Shown here: positions 55,611-64,000 of the stretch, in pieces
How the letters are laid out: every line of letters starts with the position of its first letter
Position numbering within the stretch: position 1 is the stretch's first letter
DNA from: the human T2T-CHM13v2.0 reference genome, Homo sapiens
Strand: one strand, 5' to 3'
NCBI RefSeq assembly: GCF_009914755.1
Contig: NC_060927.1
Length of the DNA: 64,000 bases
Made by a program: the position numbers and the translations under genes
The notes under the pieces: generated by a model
What the model saw: the letters and a program-made list of their open reading frames with translations, nothing else
Databases searched by the model: none
What the model was told of the DNA's origin: nothing

Positions 55611-56599
55611 TCATATAAAGGATTTTGTTTCCTCGATCTAGTTTCCTTGCATATTGGAATGCCTTTTTTGTGGTATGTTTCACATGTTGTTTTTTTGTGA
55701 CCTAAAATTTTTTTTACATCAAAAATATCTTAAATCCTTTAAAAGATGAAGTAGCTAAACTTAGACCTTTTTGTTTTTGTTTTTGTTGTAACTTCTTTTA
55801 ATCAAATTTATCGCAAGCAGCAGTTTATACCCAGAGCGGTGGATAATTAAATTTAAAATTCAGCTTTATTTAAATAATTTGATTTAAAATTTTGATAGGT
55901 GTCAGTTTTAATTTATATTTTGCCTTTTAAATTTAAGAGATAATTTAAAACATTTTAGAATAGAAACCATTTAAAATATTTTAATATTTTATATTTACTT
56001 ACATACATATATTAAATAGAATGCATGCATATTTACGTGTGTTTGTGTTTGTTGATTTCCCTTCTCCTTCTTCCCCACACTATTTTTATATAGGGTGTGT
56101 TATTGTGGTTAAGTTTACAGTTGAGTCCACAGGGCTTATAATGTTGAGATGGGATCCAAAAGAATTAGAAAAATGGTCCTCATGCAGAAATCCCAGACTT
56201 CAGGTTGGATACAGGAACCAAAGAAATTTTGTGTTGCCTTCTTCTGGGAAGTGGATGAGATCGAGATGAGATTTCATGGCAAAATGTTAACTGGAAACTT
56301 TAAAAAAATATATACCTATGGAAAGGTATGTTGAGCAGCCAAAGGAACGAACTGTATTTATTTAGCAGCTAACTCTTGTTCTAATTTGGGAGGAGTCACC
56401 GATTGCATGTGCTCCCTCTCTTATTACAAAAGTCAGAGGGAGATGATAGGTTGTTACTCTTCATTCTGCCTGGACGCCAGGGTGGGAGCACATGAACCCG
56501 AGCTCTGCTACTTCTGTGCAGGGCTTTGAATTCTGATTGAGTGACACAGAGGAATATTATCACGGTTCACTCCGGACCGCAGCCTGTTTTTGTCTTAGG

Positions 56600-56950
56600 A
56601 CCTTGGTCATAGTACTGCTCCCCCTGCCTGGAGCTTTTTGCCCCAAATCTCCTGTGGCAGCTCTGTTACTTCTTTCAGGTCTCGGCTCCAACGTCACTCC
56701 CCTGGCCATCTAAAACAGCCACCTCTTCTCATCATTCTCTGTTCTCTAACTGGGCTTTATTTTTCCATATGGCACATATACAGAATTATATATTTATTTT
56801 ACATTGCTTTTTTTTGGTACTACAATGTACTGTATTCTCGTCAAGAATACAAACACTGTTTTGTTCACCACTTCATCTCCGGGGTGAGAACAGTGCCTAG
56901 CACAAGTAAGTGCTCAATACATTTTTGTGAAAAGTGAATCAATAAATGAA
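56600..56950 (+). mobile_element. L2 3' end
   Basis: ttttgttcacc...gaacagtgcctagcacaagtaagtgctcaatacatttt. Confidence 0.75.
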
Positions 56951-57479
56951 AGCTAGCCCAGTGCTTGGCAGGCCAATAAATACCTGTGAAACAGAACTGT
57001 ATTAGTATTAGTTCTATATCAGGCTCACTTGGGCAGAAATTGAATCTGGTGAGTGACACAAAGATGAACACATAATAGAGTTTACTTCCAGCAGCAATTT
57101 GTTTCTTTTGTTAAGTTATGAAGCATGAAAACTTGGCCTAATTTAAAATGGCAACTGCTTGCAGGCCCTGACACAGTATCTGCCAACTTCCACTCAAATA
57201 CTTAATGAGAACTAAGAAAAATATAGAAACCAGCCCTGACAGACAATCAGATGTAGAGCATCAGAAGAATTTTCACTAAGTCAAATGGTGCAGTATTAGG
57301 AAAGCAACTTGCAGTTCTCATGAAACAGTGAAGCCTGTTCCCTCAAAAGAAATTAAAACACACTTTCTTTGCTAGTAAGTGACACTAGTTAAAAGACAAG
57401 AAACAAAATATAGCATGTTGGTTACAAAATGCACCCCTACCCCCCAAGGAAATTAAAAAGAAAAGATTAGACTTAAAAG

Positions 57480-59920
57480 AATGAGTAAGATTTTTCTGGC
57501 AAATGCAAATGAAAAGAACACAGAGGTGGGAAAATTATTCTCTGACAGTGTAGAATCTGAGGCAAAAAAAGCATTAATGAGACAAAAGAGGAAATTTTAT
57601 ACTGATATAAGTTAAAATTCACACCAAAGGTAGAATAGTCAGTAATGTACATGCATTGTTTATCAAAGAGCCAGAAAAAAAGGAAGAATGGATAAAAGGT
57701 AATTGTGAGAGCTTCTGAAACATTTTTCATTTACTTTTACAAATCTGGTAGTTAAAAAATACACGTAGAGGAGAAAATCTGAACAATAAATTAAGATTTA
57801 ATAGTATATTTGTATCCAGAAACTATATCCTCTTCTTGGGCACCCATTAATTTTTATAAAAATTGACTATAGGTTAGCATAGTGAGAAAATAACTTCCCC
57901 AAATGAAAATACAGATCAAATGTCCTGAAGATAGTGCAATAAAATTAGAAGTGAATAACAAAAGTGTAAGAAAGAAATTTTAGGCCAGGCGCAGTGGCTC
58001 ATGCCTGTAGTCCCAGCAGTTTAGGAGGCCAAGGTGGGAGAACTGCTTGAGCTCAGGAGTGAGACCAGCCTGAGCAACATAGTGAAACTCTAGCTCTAAA
58101 TTAAACAAACAAGCAAAAAAAAAACCAGCCACATTTTGTGGTGTGTGCCTGTAATCCCAGCTACTTGGGAGGCTGAGGCGGGAGGATTGTTTGAGTGCAA
58201 GAGGTCAAAGCTGCAGTGAGCTATGACCACACCACTGCATTCTAGCCTTCGTGACAGAGTGAGACCCTGGCTCAAAAGAAAGAAAGAAAGAGAGAGACAG
58301 AGAGAGAGAGGCAGACAGAAAGGAAGGAAGGAAGGAAGGAAGGAAGGAAGGAAGGAAGGAAGGAAGGAAGGAAGGAAGGAAGGAATTTTAGAAATAAATA
58401 AAAATAGGTCCAAGTGTGATGGGGCTCATAACAGTAATCCCAGCACTTTGGGAGGACAAGTCAGTGGATCGCTTGAGCTTAGGAGTTTGAGACCAGCCTG
58501 GGGAACATGGTGAAACCCTGTCTCTACCAAAAATACAAAAAATTAGCCAGTCTTGGGTCCGCCTGTGGTCCTAGCTACTTGAGAGGCTGAGGTGGGAGGA
58601 TCGCTTCAGCCAGGGAAGTGGAGGTTGCAATGAGCCGAGATCACATCACTGCACTCCACCTGGGTGACAGAGTGAGACCTCATCTCAAAACAAACAAACA
58701 AACAAACAAATTTTCCCCAAAAATACTGAGTCAAAAGAGAAATAAAAAGTATGATTTCTGATGATTTAGAAATCAATGTAAAAAGAATATTTTCAGAAAA
58801 CCAGCAAAACCAAACTCTGAGCAAAATCATTGGCTTAAGGAAGTACAAAAATAAATGAAGTGAATGTTCAACACAGAACTTATCAAAGTGATAAAACATA
58901 GGCATTGAAAATAGAAGGAAAAATAATATTGAGCAAATGTTAGTGGATTTGAAAAGAAGAACAATTTAATTGATAAATAATTAGATAAGTTTTAAAAGAA
59001 AAATAGTAAAATAGACAAATCGTGAGATTTGTCTGGGTAAAATTTTTACCCAGAAAAAGAGGGAAAACAGAATAAAAGAAATTTCAAATGAAAAACAGCA
59101 ATGAAAAACAGATGTCCTCTGTCTATTAATACGTTTGAGGATTTGAAAGACATGGATGATATTTTGTGAGAACATAAAACTACCAAATAATCATGGATGA
59201 AAATTGAACTATTTGTTAAAAAATTATCTCTAAAGTAGATTTAAGGCCAAGCCAATGAGGTCTCAGACCATCACAAAATAAATAATTCCTATCTTGACTA
59301 CATAAACTTTTTCAGAGTAAGATAAGTTCAGACATTATCAAACAAAATTTAACGTTATGTTATAATAATCATTTTTGATAACCAAGTACAGATTATATTA
59401 GTATTTCAAAGAAGTTTTATACATGTGATACTTCAGAAGGTTTAATATAAAAATTAATGTTTAATAAATGTAGAAAAGCCACCTAATATTATCAAGTTCA
59501 TATCTAATAAAAATTTCTTAGAAAAAATATGGAGAATAGTCTATTTCCTCAGTGTGCGAAGAACATTTATCCCATATCAGCAGCAAACAATGTTAAATAG
59601 CAAAACGTATTCCCATTAAAATTAGATTTACGATTGTTCTGGATGCTCTGGCCAATGCCAATAATATATGAAATAAAAATATGAGAAATAGTATTGGAAA
59701 GAATGAGAAGAAGTTCTTACTAACCTATAAGATAGGTTAGTAAATTCCTGGGATATGATGTAAATAAAAATTGGTAGCATTTTGAATACCAGCAATAACT
59801 AGCTAGAAAATACAGTGGATAAAGTAGATTTCATTCCAAATAAAAGTAACAACGATAAAAAATGAACTACAATCAATTTCAATAAGAAATGTATGTCTCA
59901 TATATATTATAAAACTAAAA
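57480..59920 (+). mobile_element. Highly decayed L1M body fragments with two AluJ insertions (57983-58385 with a (GGAA)n tail; 58407-58710)
   Basis: A-rich L1-like motifs (gcaataaaattagaa, aaactaccaaa, tcccattaaaat) and two Alu consensus matches. Confidence 0.65.
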
Positions 59921-60496
59921 AAGAGCCTTTGAAATTATTTATGATGCAATGTTATTTTTAAATGGCAGGACATAAATATATATTACAAGTTTAATGTTAT
60001 ATTACATGTCATATATATGCTTAGAAAAATATGGAAAGGAAATATAAGTAAATGTCAACAGCAGTAAAATAATAGGTAAGAGTTTTGCAGTCAGCAGAAC
60101 AGGGTTGAATCCTCTCCACCTCTTGCAGAGACCCACTGAGGGTTAAGGCTTCAACCTGTGAATTTTGGGGAAATACAATTGAGTCCACAACAGATGCATT
60201 TGTGGAGGAAGGAGAAATCTGAAATTTACATTGATGTCTTTCAGAGTGCGCACAGGTATGTTAATATCATTCATTCATGGCAGTAACAATAAATATCCTT
60301 AATATTTTGCAGCTTATAAAGCCAGCTGACATATTTTTCTCAAATCACGGAAATGCCACCTCATCACTGAGGTCTTCTCTGAATAGCACCCCATGTATCA
60401 TGTGGCATTATGTGTATATAATACTGTCCCCAGCCATTGTTCTCTTACCTAGCTTTACTTTTCATTTATCATCTTATCATCATCCAATATATTTGT

Positions 60497-62066
60497 TTTT
60501 TCAGCTTTATTAAGACATAAATGACAAAAATGGCATATATTCAAGTATACAATGTGATGATTTGATATACATATACATTGTGGGATGATTAGTCCAATTA
60601 AGTGAATGAACACATTCATCACCATGCAAGTTACCATCTTTTGTGTGTTTGTGTGTGATGAGGATACTTAAGATGTGCTCTCCCAGCAAATTTCAAGTAA
60701 ATAATACAGTATTATTAAACATTATTATTAACTACAGTAAGCAAGCTATACATTAGACCCTCAGAACTTATTCATCTTATAACTGAAAGTTTGAACTCTT
60801 TGGCCAACATCTCCCCATTTTCATCCCCTTTCAGCCCCTGACAATCACAGTTCTATTCTCCACTTCCGAGTTTGACTTTTTTTTTTTTTTTTTAAAGAGA
60901 CAGTGTCTCATTCTGTCACCCAGGCTGGAGTGCAGCGGCATTTTCATAGCCCACTGTAACCTTGATCTTCTGGGCCCAAGTGATCCTCCTGCCTTAGTCC
61001 CCTGAGTAGCTAGGACTACAGGCATGCACCACCATGGCCAGCTAATTAAAAAAAAAAAAAAAGTAGAGATGGAGTCTTGCTATGTTACCCAGGCTGATCT
61101 TGAACTCTTGGCCTCAAGCAATCCTTCCTCCTTGGCCTCCCAAAGTGCTGGGGTTACAGACATGATCCACTGTGCCCGGCCTATGAGCCTGACTTTCTAA
61201 AGATTCCACATAAAAGTGCGATCATACAGTATTTGTCTTTCTGTGTCTTATTTCACTTAACATAATGTCCTCCAAGTTAATCTACAGTGTTGCAAATGGC
61301 AGGGTTTCCTTTTTTAAGGCTGAGTAATATTCCATTGTGTATATATACCACATTTTTATTATCCATTCATCTTTCAGTGGATGCTTAGATTTTTTCTGTA
61401 TCTTGGCTACTATAAATAATGCTGCAATAAACACAAAGGTGCAGGTGTCTCTTTGATATATTGATTTCATTTCCTTTGATTATATACCCAGTAGTGAAAT
61501 TGCTGGATCATATGGTAGTTCTGTTTTTAATATTTTGAGGAACTTCATACTGTTTTCCATAATGGCTGTATCAATTTACATTCCCATCAACAGTGTACAG
61601 AGTTCTCTTTTCTCCACGCCTTTGCCAATACTTATTTCTTATTTTTGTTTGACAACAGTCACCCTAACAGGTATGATGTGATATTTCATTGTGGTTTTGA
61701 TTTGCCTTTCCCTGATTATTAGTGATGTTGAACATTTTTTTTTCATATATCTATTAGTCCATTTGTATGTCTTCCTTGGAAAAGTACCTATTCAGTTGCC
61801 CACTGTTTAATTGGTTGTTTTTTTTTTTTGTTTTTTGTTTTTTTTGCTATTGAGTTGTGTAAGTTCCTGGATATATTTTGGATATTAACCCCTTATCTGA
61901 TATGTGGTTTGCAAATATTATCGCTCACTTTGTAGGCTGCCTCTTCATTTTGTTGATTGATTGCTTTGCTGTGTAGAAGCTTTTGGGTTTCATGTAGTCC
62001 CACTTGTTTATTTTTTCTTTTGTTGCCTGTGCTTTTGGTGTCATACCCAAAAAAATCATTGCAAGT
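60497..62066 (-). mobile_element. L1MA-type 3' region with an AluJ insertion (60877-61182)
   Basis: ORFs 61282-61470 (..KMWYIYTMEYYSALKK) and 61925-62206 (..MTPKAQATKEKINKWDY) are L1 ORF2 C-terminal remnants. Confidence 0.88.
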
Positions 62067-62309
62067 ATTGGTTTAGTTATTTTTTGCCCATTGCTGATAC
62101 TAGGAAAGACTTCCTGAGAGCATAATATACATTTGTTTTGTTCACTATTGTGTCCACATCCCAGCACCCAGAACAATGCCTGGTGCACAGTAGGTGACCA
62201 ATACATTTTTACTTGAAAGATTAAGTTATTATGTGATCATCCCAAGTAACTGTGTGGTTAAGTAGGTAGTGTAGGTACTGTTTATAGATAAGGGACAAGT
62301 AGCTCATAT

Positions 62310-63753
62310 TGTGTCTGGAATTGGTGGGTTTTTGGTCTCACTGACTTCAAGAAAGAAGCCGCAGACCCTCGCGGTGAGTGTTACAGTTCTTAAAGGCGGC
62401 GTGTCCGGAGTTTGCTCTTTCTGATGTTTGGATGTGTTTGGAGTTTTATTCCTTCTGGTGGGTTCGTGGTCTCGCTCGCTCAGGAGTGAAGCTGCAGACC
62501 TTCGCGGTGAGTGTTAAAGCTCATAAAGGCAGTGCGGACCGAAAAAGCAAGATTTATTGCAAAGAGCAAAAGAACAAAGCTTCCACAGTGTGGAAAGGGA
62601 CCTGAGCAGGTTACCAGGGCTGCCTGGGACAGCCTGCTTTTATTCCCTTGTCTGGCCACACCCACATCCTGCTGACTGGTCCATTTTACAGAGAGCTGAT
62701 TGGTCTGTTTTGACAGGGCGCTGATTGGTGTGTTTACAATCCCTGAGGTAGACACACAAGTTCTCCAAGTCCCCACTAGATTAGCTAGACACAGAGCACT
62801 GATTGCTGCATTCACAAACCCTGAGCTAGACACAAGGTGCTGATTGGTGCATTTACAAACCTTGAGCTAGACACAGAGTGCTGATTGGTGCATTCACAAT
62901 CCCTTAGCTAGACATAAAGGTTCTCCAAGTCCCCACTAGATTAGCTAGACACAGAGCACTGATTGGTGCACTTACAAACCTTGAGCTAGATACATTGTGC
63001 TGATTGGTACATTTACAAACCTTGAGCTAGACACAGAGTGCCAATTGGTGTATTTACAATCCCTTAGCTGGACATAAAGGTTCTACAAGTCCCCACTAGA
63101 CTCAGGAGACCAGCTGGCTTCACCTAGTGGATCACGCACCAGGGCTGCAGGTGGAGCTGCCCGCCAGTTCCGAGCCGTGAGCCTGCACTCCTCAGCCCTT
63201 GGGCGGTGGATGGGACCAGGCGCCGCAGAGCAGGGGGCGGCGCTCCTTGGGGAGGCGCTCCTTGGGGAGGCTCGGGCCACACAGGAGCCCACAGCGGGGG
63301 AAGGCTCAGGCATGGCGGGCTGCAGGTCCTGAGCCCCGCCCCGCAGGGAGGCAGCTGAGGCCAGGCGAGAATTCGAGCACAGTGCCGTTGGGCAAGTACT
63401 GCTGGGGGACCCGGCGCACCCTCCGCAGCTGCTGGCCTGGGTGCTAAGCCCCTCACTGCCTGGCCGGTGTTGCCGGCTGCCGCTCCGAGTGCGGAGCCCG
63501 TGGAGCCCATGCCCACCCGGAACTCGCACTGGCCGGCAAGCGCCGTGCGCATCCCGGGTTCCCACCCATGCCTCTCCCTCCACACCTCCCCACAAGCCGA
63601 GGGAGCCGGCTCTGGCCTCAGCCAGCTCAGAGAGGGGCTCCCACGGTGCAGTGGCAGGCTGAAGGGCCCCTCAAGCGCTGCCAGAGTGGGCGCGGAGGAG
63701 GTGCCCACAGCGAGCGAGGGCTGCGCGTGCTGCCAGCACACTGTCACCTCTCA
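62310..63753 (-). mobile_element. LTR12 (ERV9; LTR12C-like) complete solo LTR
   Basis: Minus-strand start TGAGAGGTGACAG, end CCAATTCCAGACACA; CCAAT-bearing tandem repeats at 62690-63110; CpG-rich segment; TSD ATAT/ATGT. Confidence 0.95.
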
Positions 63754-63879
63754 ATGTGGTCACAAGGATTCTGATTTCCTGTCTCATAGGCTTTCTATTA
63801 CCAGTACATTCTGTTATCAGTCTTCATGACTCATGATCTTGTCTTAGATTATTAGATAAATATATGGGTTCTTTTTGAA

Positions 63880-64000
63880 AAGCTTTGTTGAGATATAATT
63901 CATGTATCATATAATTCACCCACTTAAAGAAAACAATCAAATGGTTTGTAGTATATTCACAGAGTTGTGCAATCATTATTACATGATTTTTATAACAATA
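63880..64000 (-). mobile_element. L1MB 3' end fragment
   Basis: agctttgttgagatataattca...agtatattcacagagttgtgcaa. Confidence 0.7.

Noticed and set aside
55620-56560. Possible processed pseudogene or small ORFs (56021-56334)
   Set aside because: No recognisable protein; flanks resemble a decayed ERVL internal/LTR junction, too uncertain to call
62690-63110. Regularly spaced ~40-bp repeats resembling a CRISPR array
   Set aside because: Contiguous LTR12 U3 tandem repeats with no unique spacers, in eukaryotic DNA
63083-63829. 170-207 aa ORFs
   Set aside because: GC-rich U3 region of LTR12; non-coding

Overview
Human (primate) genomic DNA containing the 5' end of LRIG1, which is transcribed on the minus strand. 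Coding exon 1 (18947->18730, 218 nt: signal peptide plus LRR N-terminal cap) sits in a CpG island of about 18400-20250 with CCAAT and GC boxes. Positions 1-18729 are LRIG1 intron 1; exon 2 is not in the window. Positions ~20300-64000 are upstream intergenic DNA rich in transposon relics: many Alus, MIR/L2/L1 fragments, a near full-length Tigger1, MaLR/ERVL/ERV1 solo LTRs, and a complete LTR12 (ERV9) solo LTR oriented toward LRIG1. I see no other protein-coding gene and no evidence of a genuinely new biological system; the other ORFs are repeat- or GC-derived. The best leads are regulatory or mutational: three same-frame uORFs in the LRIG1 leader, a Val24/Val26 signal-peptide haplotype, a perfect ARE/GRE palindrome ~10 kb upstream, an LTR12 candidate alternative promoter, a homeobox/SOX-dense candidate enhancer, and a 19-bp locally templated insertion inside a THE1 LTR. 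Repeat family names are from recalled consensus sequences, not a database search, and boundaries of old repeats are approximate.
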